Source of the DNA: an uncultured candidate division Zixibacteria bacterium
GTDB taxonomy: Bacteria > Zixibacteria > MSB-5A5 > UBA10806
Reading direction: 5' to 3'
Assembly: GCA_963801605.1 (NCBI GenBank)
Contig: CAWDFP010000009.1
Span: 1 to 64,000 of the forward strand
DNA: 64,000 nucleotides
Shown: positions 11,711-24,712 of the stretch, one piece after another
Position numbering within the stretch: the stretch's first letter is position 1
Layout: every line of letters begins with the position of its first letter
The notes under the pieces: generated by a model
Told to the model about the DNA's origin: nothing
The model's input: the letters and a program-made list of their open reading frames with translations, nothing else
The model's database searches: none
Translations under genes and position numbers: made by a program

Positions 11711-13227
11711 ATGAAGGAAATTAGGCCGTATTTAGTAATATTTTCCGCAATATTATCCATTTTCGCCTATCCGCCATTTCCGCTTGGAATACTGATATTC
11801 ATATCTCTGGCATGTTTGGTATATGCAGTGGAAAATATATCGCCCTGGCGGGCATTTAAGTTTGGATATCTCTGGGGATTGGTTTATAACCTGGGGCTTT
11901 TATATTATATAGCCTGGGTCACTGTGCCTGGAATGATCGCTACGGTTATGATTCTAGCGCTTATTCCCGCATCCGGTCTTTGGATTTTCACCCGCTTGAT
12001 CGAAAAAAATCGCGCTTTAGCCATAATTTCATTTCCATCGTTTATCTTAATGTGGAATTGGCTTCTGACTAAGTCAGACCTAAATTATCCCTGGACCGAT
12101 TTAGGATATGCTCTCAGTTATTACACGACTTTGATCCAGGCTGCCGATATTGCGGGAATCTATCTTGTCTCGTTGTTCATTCTGGCTGTCAATATGCTGA
12201 TTTATTTGTCAATATCGGACAGATTCGCGTATGAAAATCGTAAACGCTCGAGATTCATTTTTATTTCTCTTATACTAATCTTAGCATTTTACATTTACGG
12301 CGATGTAAGATTATCTCAATTGAAAAACGATCCCAAGGATGCCCTGACTGTCGGCCTGATACAGGGTAATATTACCAAGGATGTCAAATGGGCCCCCGGT
12401 AATTTGAATTACAGTTTCGATACTTATCACGAACTTTCCAGACAGGCTGTACTGGACGGGGCGGAACTGGTAATCTGGCCGGAAACCGCCATACCGACCT
12501 ATCTGCTGCAGGAACCACCGAGTATGGCTCATATGAGACGAATAGTTTCCGATTTAAAAATTCCGGTTTTGACCGGCACTGTCTTTTACGAAACCGCCGG
12601 CCCGCAGTGAGTACATTTATTTCAATTCCGCTATTCTATTGGAGCCGGAGAGTGAGGATTATCAGATTTATTCGAAAATTCATCTTGTACCGGTGAGCGA
12701 GAGAATTCCGTTTTCGGAACGTTATAAGATTTTACGCGATATTCACTTGGGGCAAGCCGACTTTTCGAGCGGTCGGCAGCAGACTGTTTTTACCCTCGAT
12801 GGCGAAAGATTTGGCACCTTAATCTGTTTTGAATCAGCTTTTCCGGGTTTTACCAACGACTATGCCAGAATGGGCGCGACATTTCTGGTTATTATCACGA
12901 ATGATATGTGGTTTGGAAGGACATCGCTATTTGAGCAGCATGCCATGATGGCGGTTTTCAGGGCCATCGAAAATCGAATACCCGTCTTACGCGCCGGAAA
13001 TACTGGAATTTCGCTGGCAGTCGATAAACGCGGCAAATTGCTGACGAAATCGGACGATATTCGAAAAAGAGTATATCGTGACAAAAATACATCCCGAAAG
13101 GTCCACAAGCGCGTATAACAAGATTGGCGACATGATGCCGCAATCCGCCACCCTGATCTCAATGATTGCATTGGTGGTTGCCATTTGGAAACGCAAAGGA
13201 TATATTGAGAGGCAATATGATGAATAA
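11711..13227 (+). CDS. lnt: Apolipoprotein N-acyltransferase (frameshifted)
   Basis: N-terminal TM helices, QGNI, WPETA, YSKIHLVP, ICFES, TNDMWFG, RAIEN, NTGIS (E-K-C catalytic triad). Confidence 0.93.
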
Positions 13228-15448
13228 AAACATCATCGCTATTGGTCCTGCTGTTGATTTTTGCAGTCTTACATCCGCTGCTACCTGGACAAGCTTTACC
13301 AATACCGATGCTGTCAGGCAGGTCATTTTCGGTAATGACCGTATCTGGGGCGCTACATCCGGCGGAGTTGTTCAATCGATGTTACATCGGGGGCAATCCA
13401 CAGGATATACCAATACCGACGGGATCGGCGGTATTGATTATAGGTGCGTTGAAGTCGATACCTCCCAAAATCTTTGGTTTGGTACTGGCGATGGCTGGTT
13501 GAGCCGAATTTCGGTCGATGGCAATATCCGGAATTTCGCTTTCAGAGACAGTTCCGGCATTATCGCCAGACCTTTGACTCTGTATGATCTTAAGCGCGAT
13601 GGCGACATACTCTGGGTCGCCAGTGATCTCGGTATAAGCAAATTTTTGATCTACTCCAATGGCGGTGAAATCCGTGATACCGGACGACAACTTGGAAATC
13701 TGCAATCGGGCGAGGATGCTATCTGTGTCGATGTCATCGGAGAAAATCTATGGGTCGGTACAGCGCAAGGGATAGCATTTATAGATAAAAATAATCCCAA
13801 TATCCAATTCTTGGTAATTGGCGTTCATATTCAGCCGGATCTAATGGTCTGGGCAGCGGGGATATTAGAACCATAGTCTCATATCATGATACGGTCTTTA
13901 TTGGTACGGCCTCGGGCGCCTATAAATTTGTGACCTCGCCGGATACCGCTTGGGTATCTTATAGGCCTTGGCAGGAATCGCAGGTTCATAAATTCTTCAT
14001 GAATGGTTCGAATTTGATTGCCTCTACAAGCGCCGGCTTATTCCAATATGATCGATGCTGAATGGATTGCGTTTTACGCCAGCTCCACCAGATGTTGTCA
14101 GAGATTTTACGGTAGATTCCAATGGAGCTTTGTGGGCGGGTACCAATTCGATGGGAATTGCGAAACTCACGAATGACGCCTGGGTGTTAAATGTCATTCC
14201 CGGACCGGCCCAAAATTTTATTAAGCGAATATCATTGGATTCCACCGGCGGTGTTTGGATGACCCATGATGCTAAAGGCCTGAGCCGTTTTCACGATGGC
14301 CAATGGCAGCTTTACAATACACAGAACAGCGATCCCGATGGCTCCGGGCCTCTTAGGGGATTATTAGACGACGGAGTAATGACTGTATCTGTTGCTCGCG
14401 ATGGCAATGTCTGGGTAGGCAGCTATGGAGGCGGATTATATAAATACGATTGGACCTCGTGGTTTCATTGGGACAATACCAATAGTCCTATGTATGGAGT
14501 ATTCAATAATCATTCATACTGGGTTGCCGCGGGTTTAAGCGCCGATCAAAACGGTAATATTTGGGTTGGCGCATATGCCTCAGATTCATTATTGCTTATG
14601 GGAGTATATAACCCTAACTCTCCCGATTCTACCTGGTTGACATTCAAGGCCGCGGATATAGGATTATTTTCAAATTACGTCTGGGTATTGAGATCGACTG
14701 GCAACATTGTCTGGGTTGGACGCGGCGATGGTTTCGACAGGCTCGATAACGGAGGGACCCCATTCGATCCCTCCGATGATCAATGGAAGATAAGAATTAA
14801 TACCGAAAATATAGCCGATATTGTAGTCGATGACGAAGGTTTTCCCTGGGTGGCCGCCGCAACCGGCCTCTACTTCGTTCCGGCATCGAATGACACTTCC
14901 CTTGCAATAGATTTACCGCCATCGATTTCCGGAGCGGTATGAGTTTATCATAGATGGGGTCGGAAATATATGGGTGGGTACTGTTGCCGGGCTCGGCGTG
15001 TTAAAACCCAATAGGGAACAGCCACAGCAATCGAGTTGGCAGGCGCTGTATACTACATCCAATAGCCCAATTCTCGATAATAATGTTAATTGCCTGGCAG
15101 TAATAAGGCGACTGGAATAGTATATATCGGCACCAATAACGGCTTGTCTGTTTTTGAGTCGGGATCCTACCGCCTACCTGCCGATCTGTCGGATATGGAT
15201 GCTTACCCTAATCCCGTAATTATTAAAGATGGCGATGAATCGTGCAATTCAAGAGGGTGCCCTCGAATGGGTACGCTAAGCTATCTATACTTCTTCCGGT
15301 GAGATAGTTGATCGCTTCGACTTGGCGGAGCGAAGCTTCATGGAATCTTAGAAACTCAGAGGGAAAACGAGTGGCCGGTGGAGTATATGTATTCCATGTG
15401 AAATCCGGCGATGCCTCGGGCACCGGCAAATTTGTGGTCATCAAATAA
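13217..15448 (+). CDS. PorZ-like two-component-regulator beta-propeller protein with a T9SS-type C-terminal domain (frameshifted)
   Basis: Repeated LWxGT/WVGS propeller blades, DNGGTPFDPSDD, NSPILDNNV and a C-terminal AYPNP...WNLRNSEGKRVAGGVY..GKFVVIK domain. Confidence 0.7.
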
Positions 15449-15449
15449 A

Positions 15450-16378
15450 ATATCAATTTCGGAGCGCACTATCGAAAGCACTCATCTCTCGCATTCATGG
15501 GGAGGAGTTTTTTATCACCCCGCGTTTATCCGTTCCGCCGCTAAAGCGCTAAATCTTAAAGATGATCCCCATTACTATCGAGTCCGATAATGAACCGATC
15601 ACAGTCGCCAATTTAATGCGTCATCGCCCAAGGCTTTTCCATTCTGCTACCATACCGCTCCTTTTTCAGTATTATGGTTCACTGCCCTTAGCGGATCAGA
15701 CAAATGAACTCCCCCGGGAGTTCGAGCAATACCTTTCAAATCATTTTGATTTTGTTTATTTGAGTCTGCCTCCGAAAGTGAAAATCAATCAATTATCAAA
15801 AAACTGGAAAGTTTTGCCGCAAAAAACTCCTGCAGTTTTATCCGACAGCCTTAAATCCTGGGGCAATAAATTCAGAGATGATGTTAAGAATAAAATACAT
15901 AAGGCTCGACGAGAAAATATTGAGATAGTCCCGGGGAATACGTTTCCGTCAGCCCTCTGGCAACTAACTTTTCAACGTCGCGGAATGTCGCCTCCAATAT
16001 CACCGGAAGCATTAAAGCTATGGTGCGATGAGCTAATAAAAGAATCGCTGCTTAGAATTTATCTGGCAAAGCTTCGCGACCAAACGGTGGCTTTTCGCTG
16101 CGAACTGGTATTTGGCGCTTTCGCGTACGATTGGCTGGCCGGATCTGATCCCCAGTATCATGCTACTGGCGCTAATCAATTACTTATGGCCGAAACCGGA
16201 CAAGAACTTGGAGCATTGAATCTTGATGCCTGGGATCTGGTTGGCGGGCAGGTCAATGCTGTCGATGATTTTAAAGAGATCTTTCGGCGCCCAGGATATT
16301 GGCTATTTCCACATTCTCCGAGCTTTTAACTTGAAAGGTCGGATATTTGAATCATTAAGGAAATTTCGTCATGCCTGA
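15450..16378 (+). CDS. GNAT/FemAB-like acyltransferase (frameshifted; start approximate)
   Basis: AYDWLAGSDPQYHATGANQLL...WDLVGG...FK pattern of Acetyltransf_6/FemAB-like proteins found in glycan loci. Confidence 0.65.
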
Positions 16379-17590
16379 TTCGCGTATTAAGATATCATAC
16401 CACTATAATAGCCGGAAATATTCGCAAGAAGTCATTGGCCATGTTTTTCGATATATTTCCGCGCTGACGGGATCAATATTTTACCCCGATGAACAAGCTC
16501 CCGCAATTAGTAATATTGAAAACGTTAACAATAAGCTTTTTATTAATACTGTAAATGATGCCATTGCCGAAATTGCATCCCGACTAACTCTTTCGATAAA
16601 GATAGGGCCCTATTCCAACGATCGCCATAAGCCATTTAATGGCCCCCTTCTTAGCGAAATAGTTAGCGGATTTGTCGATGATTTGCATGAGGCGGGATTG
16701 ATTCCCAAACAAAAATCGACCATTTCACTTTGGCCGTCAACTCGCCGCTTCGGTTTGGTTGTGACTCATGATGTGGATATCATTCGCCGTACTGTCTTAG
16801 GGGGTCTGCGCTTTGGGCTAACGGCCACCTTCCCGGAGGTTGGGGCGCCGTGAACGATTCTCTGAAGTGGCGTCTGGGTTTCGGCAAAAATCCGTATAAT
16901 CGTCTCGGTGATTGGCAAAAGCTCGAAGAAGAGATAGGGCTAGGTCCACTTACTTCATCTTTTCCGGTCGACGGCAGCATAATTTTGATCCGACCTACAG
17001 GCTTTCTCGGTTGCCATTCGATACAATCCCCGAATCGTTCGATTGCCTTGCATAGCAGTATCGGCTGCTATATAGGGCAGGGCCTATGCGAGACCCAGAG
17101 ACGAACTCGAATTGACCGGATATAAAGTATTGGGTATCAGGCCCCATTATTTATCGGCCTATCTTCCTGAGTTTTGGCAGGCGGCAGCCGATATTGACTT
17201 TGAATACTCATCGACACTGGGATTCGATGATGCTATCGGCTATGTACGAGGGATCGATTTGCCGTTCTATCCGTTCGATACCACCAACGAACGTCCCTTG
17301 CCGATTCTCGAAATTCCAATCGCGATTATGGATTGCGGGCTAATCGGTAGTTCGGATGCCAATTCGCCAGAGATTTTCTCGATGGGCGTCAAGCTGATTG
17401 ATCGTGTCGCCGAAGGCGGCGGTCTGATTGTACTGGACTGGCATCAAAGGACACTCTATAATCGGGATTATCCGGGTTGGGGTGAGTTATTTAGAAAATT
17501 GATAGAGAAGCCCATGATAAAAATGCTCATTTTACTACGGTCGAGGAAATCAGTTCTCGTATGAAGTTCAGGATTGGGTCAAGATTTGAA
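16371..17590 (+). CDS. Polysaccharide deacetylase family protein (frameshifted; end approximate)
   Basis: WP...LVVTHDVD, IALH, GIRPHYL, YSSTLG, LEIPIAIMD, VLDWH. Confidence 0.75.
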
Positions 17591-18718
17591 AATTGCTTAC
17601 TTCATTCTCAACAATTTCGATTTCGATACGAGGGCCGGCTTGAGGTAGCAGTATCTCAAACTACTAAAGTATCAGGTGGATATTATCGCCACGGTCGGGG
17701 CCGAGTCTCATACCTATCTCGGCTTCCCGATTCATCGTCTGCCGCAATGGCCGGGACCAACCAGGAAGTTTAGGTTTCGTGCAATATAATTTTCTGGCCG
17801 CTCGTTTGGCCCGAAGACTCAAGCCAGATATCTGCCACGCAGTCGATTTGGATACGTTGCAGGCCGCTGTTTGGGCTGCTGGCAGTTCCGACGCAAAACT
17901 AATTTATGAGGCTCGTGAGCTTTATACCGAACTCGAGGCTGTTGCCGGTACGACCTCGCGTACAGACTATTTGGCGGAATCTAGAGACCCGGCTTATCGG
18001 CAGAGCCGATAAGGTGTCTTACGATCAATAATTCAATCGCGGATGAGCTTGCCGGTCGATATGGTATTGAGAAACCTCCGGTTCTTAGAAATGTCGCTCC
18101 CTTGACCGAAATCCTAAAGCCTAGTAGACCTGCCTGCGCTTCTGGATATCCCCCGAAAACTATAAGATTCTGATTTACCAGGGCGTCTTGCGTCGCGGAC
18201 AGGGGTTATTGGCATTACTCGAAATATTGTTCCGTCTTCCCAGAAACATCGGTCTAGTGATAGTTGGCGCCGGGCCTTTGAATGATGAGTTGAAAGCGCT
18301 TTCAGAAAAACTGGGAATTATCAACAGGGTGAAATTTATCGGACAGGTAACGCCATCAGATCTACCGAATTACACTGCTGGAGCCGATGCCGGCCTGCTT
18401 CTCATGGAAGATGTCGCCTTGAATAACCGTCTCGCGCTGCCGCAAAAGCTCTTTCAGTATCTGGTCGCCGGTATTCCCCAGATTGTTTCTCCAATGCCGG
18501 AGATCGCCGGCTTTGTCGAGGCAGAGCAGACGGGTTTGATTATTGAACCATCCCAAAAGGATGAGGCGGCTGAAAAGATTAAATCATTGATGAATGACAG
18601 CGAAAGACTGAATAGAATTAAAAAACATTGTCTTGACGTTGCGGAGCGGCATAATTGGGATATGGAATCGCGAATTCTGGAGATATTTACCGCGGCCTGG
18701 AGAACGTTTCGTGATTAG
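17586..18718 (+). CDS. Glycosyltransferase family 4 (frameshifted)
   Basis: DTR near the N-terminus, HAVDLDTL, LIYEARE, YQG...RG, ALPQKLFQYLVAGIP. Confidence 0.8.
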
Positions 18719-19648
18719 CTACTCCATAGTCATCTGTACATATAATCAAAAGGAAAATCTCCAATCCGCCCTTGAGAGTCTTCGGCGGCAGATCAGAAAT
18801 CCCAAAATTTACGAGATCGTTATTACGGATGACGGCTCCAGCGATGGCACCGAGAATTTTGTCAAGAAGGCAACGATATCCGATTTTCTTGAAGTATATC
18901 CGCTCCGAGTCATCTCTGGGTCGGGCAGCAAATCGCAACCGGGGTTTCCAGCGAGCCAGCGGCCAATGGATTATCTTTATAGATGGCGATATGATACCAT
19001 CGCCGGAATTCATAGAGACCTATCATAGGGCCTGGGACCAGTTTCCTGATGCTGTTTGTATAGGATCGTGGAGACCGCCAGCCCAATTGGAGAAGATACC
19101 ATATTTGCGTTATCTCGGCACCCGGGGCCGCCTGACAATGAAACGGGGCCAACGAGTACCGGGCAAATATTTCACCAGCAGCAATTTTTCAATTCGTAAG
19201 GAAATGTTCGAAAAGCTGAAGGGGTTCGATATTACCTATAAAGGGTGGGGTGGGGAAGATACGGATTTCGGTTTTAAGCTTGAAGCTGAAATTGTTCCCA
19301 TTATTTATATCCCTGAGGCAGCCTGTGATCATCTGCATTGGCGAACATTAGATGAGGTTATTTCTGAGTATTTAAGATTCGGCCAGAGCGGTTATCCTCT
19401 GCTGGTTGAGAAATTTTCCGACAAAAATATCTTTGATAATGGCTGGCTTCTGGGGCTTCCCTGGCCGAGATCAATCGATACTAAAAGGAGCTATTTCCTG
19501 CGCGCTTTGGCCGCTTCGCTCAACCCCAGTTTTGGAAATCCTCCGGCGTCTGGCAAAAATACGACAGGGTAGCCTTTTTACTGATACTATGTTTGATTGG
19601 CTCTTCTACGGCCATCTCGCCAAAGGGTATAGAGGTCGACACAAATGA
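18711..19648 (+). CDS. Glycosyltransferase family 2 (frameshifted)
   Basis: SIVICTYN, DDGSSDGT, NRNRG, FIDGD, GFD..YKGWGGEDTDFG. Confidence 0.88.
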
Positions 19649-21183
19649 AAACTATCATTCACGTCATCATCTTGATCGTCTTATTTGCATTTACGGCGAT
19701 TTATTGCTCGTATTATTTCGGCGGATATGAGGGGAGTGGCGATGGCAATGATTACGCCGCCTTAGCCAGGAATATCGTCTCCGGAAGAGGTTTTTCTTTG
19801 GGGCATGTTTATCCGCTGGGGTTGACATTCAATGCGCAGATTCCGCAGCCCAATAATATGTGGGCGCCCGGTTATCCGCTTTACTTATCGCTCTGGTTTT
19901 CGGTGATAGGCATTGGAGACAAAGCTGCGCTCTACGCTTCCATTGTGGCGCTCTGGCTTATGATACTATCGGGTTATCTGCTTGGCCGACGTATTGGCGG
20001 CGATATGATCGCTATCCTTTCCGCTATGCTGATAGGGTTAAGCCAGGTAGTGCTCTATGCCGCTGTCGAGGGTACCCCGGAGATATTAACCGGCGCCTTG
20101 ATTGCATTTTCTGTTTACTTTCTCTTGTCCCCTCAGAAGAGCGTTAATCTGATTTTATCCGGATTCCTTCTGGGGCTGGCATTCTTAACCAGATATCAAA
20201 TTGCCATTATCGGAATCCCCATTGCCATAATGTTTATGGATAATTACAGGCGAAACTTGTTTATCTGGATTGCGGTAATTCTTATCACCATCTCGCCCTG
20301 GCTGATACGAAACTGGATAGTTTTGGGGAATCCGCTTTTCACTCTCCAATCTTATGGCGAATTCGCCAAGGGGATGAGACGATTCGGCGATCCTCTATTT
20401 CATCGTATCGTTCTTTTACTCCGATGTCGCTCTGGTATACTATCGTCCATTTCCCGTTCGATATGGCCAGAAAATTCGTATCAGGACTCCTATTCTTTGC
20501 CATATCGTTTCCAATGCGCTTCAATTACCTTGGCATAGTCCCTTTCTTTTTTGGATTGTTTAAAATTAACAATTATCATGGTATTCAGCGAAAATGCATC
20601 CTTTTCACATTTATCTCAGCGATTCTGGTTATAATCCTTTCATCCTTGATGGCCATCACGACCGCCATCTGGTGCCGCTACAGCCGTTTTTTGTCCGTCT
20701 CGACTCTCCTGGGCGGTGTAGCACTTGCGCGAGCTATGGGATTTTATCGATATAAAATCGCGGTTGCAATCGCGACAATATTCTTGTTTATCCCGGCCCG
20801 CTATCCTTTTCAGGAGTACGGCCTGAAGCTGATCGCCGAAAAATCGCAGATCTGACCGGCAGGCTTATAAGGAAATATCGAGAATTGTCGGGCCGGATGA
20901 GGTTGTAGTCTCCGATGCCTCCGATGCCGTCTGGTGGTATGCCAATCGCAAGTCGATCTGGATACCGGTTAATTATGATGATTTCAAAACCCTGATGAAA
21001 CGTCAGGATTGTCATTATGTATATTTTACCGATCCCATCACTTTTATGAATAATCGTCGCCGATCGAGGATTTGGCCGATTTTGGCGTACTCATTTAAGA
21101 GCGTCGAAAGTTTTAATGGCCCCGGACGGTTGTATATTTTATATAAAGAATCGTCGTCAGTCATAATGTAGAGATCATCGTGA
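19645..21183 (+). CDS. GT-C fold (ArnT/PMT-like) membrane glycosyltransferase (frameshifted; end approximate)
   Basis: DGNDYAALARNI, PGYPLYL, GLAFLTRY, PWLIRN..GNP motifs and many TM segments. Confidence 0.75.
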
Positions 21184-22353
21184 ATAATAGAGAAGAAAAA
21201 AATCCTGATAGTTTCGACCAGCTTTCCTAAGAGCCAGGGGCGATAGTCTCTCTCCATTTATGTGGGAATTTTGCCTCAATTTATCTCGGCTCAATTGGGA
21301 TATTACCGTGCTGGTTCCGCATCACAAGGATTTACCGGAATACGAAAATTGGGATGGAATCAGATCCGGCGATTTCGCTATTTACCGGAATGATTTGAGG
21401 ATGTTGGCTATTCCGGCGGCATCATGCCCAATATCAAAAGCAAACCCTGGAAAATACTCAAATTACCTTTTTATATTATCGCAATGTACCGGGAAGCGCT
21501 CAGGCTTGCTATCGATGAGAATTTGATCTTGTCAATTTTCACTGGTTCTTTCCGGCGTCATTCTGGCTTCGGCAATTTTCTCGAAGTTCCGGCTTGCCCA
21601 TTGTCCTTACCGGACATGGTACAGATATTTTATGGCCTCCGGTGGCATCTTTAAGAAAATCGCAGATTACGCTTTCCCTGCCGCCGCAGCAGTGACGGTA
21701 AACAGCGAATATATGAAAAGCCGTCTGGCTCATAATAATCTCCCATCTAAAACCGAGGCCATATTTGTCGGAGTCGATAACGTCAAATTCAAACCGTCGA
21801 ATATCACACCGTCGCAATCCCGGACGGTCCTTTACGTGGGACGGCTTATCAGGCAAAAGGGGATAGATCTGTTGATCGAAGCATTTATCGATCTGAAGAA
21901 ACAGTTTCCCGATGCCAAGCTTCAGATAATCGGTTATGGCGCCGAAAAGGAAAATATTCAAAAGATTATAAGACAGGGCAGTTTCGAAAACGCGGTATCA
22001 ATGATAGATGCAGTGCCTCATGACTCATTACCCGATATTTATCGCAAGGCCAAAGTGCTGGTGTTGCCGTCACTGATCCCAGAGGGATTGGGGATGACCC
22101 CGGCCGAGGCCGGGCTGTGCGGAGTACCGTGCATTACTTTTGGCCTGGGAGGCACTTCCGAAATCGTTGTCGATGGCAAAACTGGATTGATTGTGGGGCC
22201 ATCGAATGATGAACTGGCATCAGCGCTGATACGCCTTTTCAAGGATGATGAATTTACCGATGATCTTGGTCGCAACGCCGAAGTCATCTCGAGCAAATAA
22301 TTTCCTGGCCCAATATCGCCGGCCGATATGATGCTCTCTTTGAGGGACGGTGA
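21180..22353 (+). CDS. Glycosyltransferase family 4 (frameshifted)
   Basis: STSFP, LYVGRLIRQKG, VLPSL.PEGLGM..EAG. Confidence 0.85.
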
Positions 22354-22493
22354 TTGAGTCGAATCAATATCGGCAAAGAGCAGGTTATCCAGATCGGCGA
22401 CCGTTATTAATTAGTTTTTTAATTGCGCTTATTACGTCGGCTATTTCATAAAACTGTTCTATGATAGATTCGAAAGGCTTATGAGTCTTTTGG

Positions 22494-24349
22494 ATGATAG
22501 GCAATATTCTAATTCCAATAATCTGGGCAGGCGGCTTGTTGAGTCTGGCGATGCTATGGCTCGAACCGAAAAAGCAAGACCGGAGCTGTTTTTCCCGGCG
22601 GCCGGTTTCCTGGGCCTGGCAATCTATGGCCTGGGGTCTAATAACGCCTTATCTCCCGGTATTTTTATGGGCATTACTTATGCTGTTTGCGGTATCATCT
22701 GTCTGGTATATTTATAAAGCGCATGTGATTCATAGGCTTATATCCGTCGTCAAGATTCATCCGCTTATCACCGTAATTATTACCTTTTTACTGTTTTGGT
22801 TTTCGCTGGCTGCGCTATCCTATCCCGGTCACTATCGATTCGCTCTATTTTCACCTGGGATTGTCGAAGCATTATGCAAAGGCCGGCGAGATATTTTTTA
22901 CCGAGGGGAATCTTTTTTCGGCCGCGCCTAGAACAATGGAAATGATTATTACTGCTTTTTATTCTATGGGACTGGAGCGCGCCGGGCAGTTTTTCGTGAT
23001 GCTCATAGCCGCTATTTTCATCTGGGCTGTCTGGCAGCGAGCCCGCTCGTTTGGCGGCGATGGTAAAATCTCTGCCCTGATGATTCTAACTGTCCCGATA
23101 TTCACAGCTCAAGCTATTTGCTCCAAGAATGATTTCCTGCTCTGGGGTTTGTGTTTTTTCGCGATTTGTAAGTCTTGGGATTTCATGCAAAATAGCAAAA
23201 TAAGTGATCTCGTCTGGGCTGGAATAGGTGCCGGGATGGCAGCCGGAACCAAGGCTATCGGTTTGGCGCTTTACGCTCCCTTGGCACTTCTAATATTGTA
23301 TAATATTATTTTGGGGAAATATCGTATTCGCCATTTCGCTTATTTTTCCGTTGCTTTTCTTTTGCTTTGCTCCCCCTGGTATCTATACTCCTGGATAATT
23401 ACGGCAAATCCATTCTATCCGTTTTTTAACAGCATTTTTCACTCGCCATACTTCCCCGCGGCCTATGAAAGTTTCAATAATGAGATTGCCATTAAGACTG
23501 TAGAGAAAAGTATTTTGAGCATTTTCAGCTCTCCCTTTAAACTGATCTTCTAGCCCGATCTATATGATGGACGCCTCGGATTCGCCATTATTCTCTTTCC
23601 GGCCTTGCTATTGTTTGTGCGCAAAATACCATCGGGCATCAAGACCCTGGGATGGAATTTCTTTTATGTTTTATCCAATCTGGTTTTTCGGTTTTGCTTA
23701 TGCCCGCTTCCTCCTGCCGATCTATCGGCCCTATCTATCGCCGGCTCATTTCTGGTTCTTGCAATATGCAGGGAAAACAAGCTCCTAAAAATTACAATAT
23801 TGGCATCGCTAATCATCGCCCTTTTACTGCCATTGCCTGCGCTCGTTCGCGACATGTCTCCCAGGATAAAATCTGTTATTTATGGTGAGTCAAAGTATGA
23901 ATTTCTTTCTCGTTTGGAGACTATGAATACCTATCAAACTCACAGCGCAATCACATACAAACAATTCCTGTATCTCGATGCCTGGAAATACCTCAATCAA
24001 AACTCTCCTTCTGATTCCAGAATAGGCATCCTGACATCGTTTGGAACCAGAGCCGATGGCTACTATCTTGATCGTAATTTTATCTATCTCAATCCCTCGG
24101 AACAACTCGAGTACAATTTTGCAAAATTGCGGGATTCGGCTGAGATAGCGGAAACACTTAAGGCTTTAAAAATTAACTATATCGTGATCGATTCGTACGG
24201 TGGCTAAAGGAGTTTTCCGAAACGTTCCGATTGGTCGCACTATCCTAATTTTGAGCTATTTGGCGATGGCGTCAAAGCACTATTAATTTTTGCAATTCCC
24301 GTAGCAGCCCGTCTTTTCAGATTCTCGCTACAAAATCTACAAAATATAA
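22494..24349 (+). CDS. Multi-TM GT-C-like membrane protein (frameshifted)
   Basis: DSLYFHL..KHYA, KND, GMAAGTK, PWYL...TANPFYP, YARFLLP and a C-terminal periplasmic domain. Confidence 0.65.
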
Positions 24350-24382
24350 ACCCATCCCCCGCGCCGCAGTTAGGGGATGGGT
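24341..24382 (-). terminator. Intrinsic terminator on the minus strand
   Basis: 9-bp stem CCCATCCCC/GGGGATGGG (24351-24381); the T-rich tail TTTATATTTT is on the minus strand only. Confidence 0.65.
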
Positions 24383-24496
24383 CCCAGGAGGAAGGTACGT
24401 CACCGTATCTCATTGCCTTATCTCGGCTTATCATCATCGGCTGTTCGGGCCGGGAAGCTATTCGAAGGCTCTTTCGAGTCCTCTACCTTTTCCAGA
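24341..24496 (-). ncRNA. Candidate ~155-nt small RNA, sigma54-type promoter, family not recognised
   Basis: -24/-12 motif just upstream, internal stems (GAAA-loop hairpin, 5'/3' pairing), CCUUCCUCCU tract, terminator, no credible ORF. Confidence 0.5.
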
Positions 24497-24506
24497 ACTA
24501 TAATAA

Positions 24507-24522
24507 AGCAGTTGGTGTGCCA
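24507..24522 (-). promoter_or_regulatory. Sigma54 (-24/-12) promoter motif
   Basis: Minus strand reads TGGCACACCAACTGCT, with exact GG-N10-GC spacing; consensus is TGGCACG-N4-TTGCW. Confidence 0.6.
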
Positions 24523-24621
24523 TCCTCGTTAAAATAGACTGGACTTTGAGAATACATGTAATCTCCATGTTTTCAATGAGATATAAGCGTTGGTAGTTTT
24601 CAGGCCCCTTTGCTTGCCCGA

Positions 24622-24630
24622 TGTGGATAA
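24622..24630 (-). promoter_or_regulatory. DnaA box upstream of the dcw promoter
   Basis: Perfect TTATCCACA on the minus strand in the intergenic region. Confidence 0.5.
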
Positions 24631-24712
24631 CTCGAAATTATGGGAATCTTCCCCCAATGTATAGCCCTATGACAATATAGTGTAATGATCTACGTCAATA
24701 ACTAAATTTTTC

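Noticed and set aside
24240..24437. 65-aa minus-strand ORF over the candidate sRNA
   Set aside because: It has no RBS, runs through the terminator into the opposite-strand gene and has no recognisable protein features.
24341..24500. RNase P RNA, SRP RNA or tmRNA upstream of mraZ
   Set aside because: It lacks GAGGAAAGUCC, the SRP CAGG..GGAA..AGCAG core and tRNA-like ends, and is too short for RNase P RNA or tmRNA. 6S is not excluded without a covariance search.
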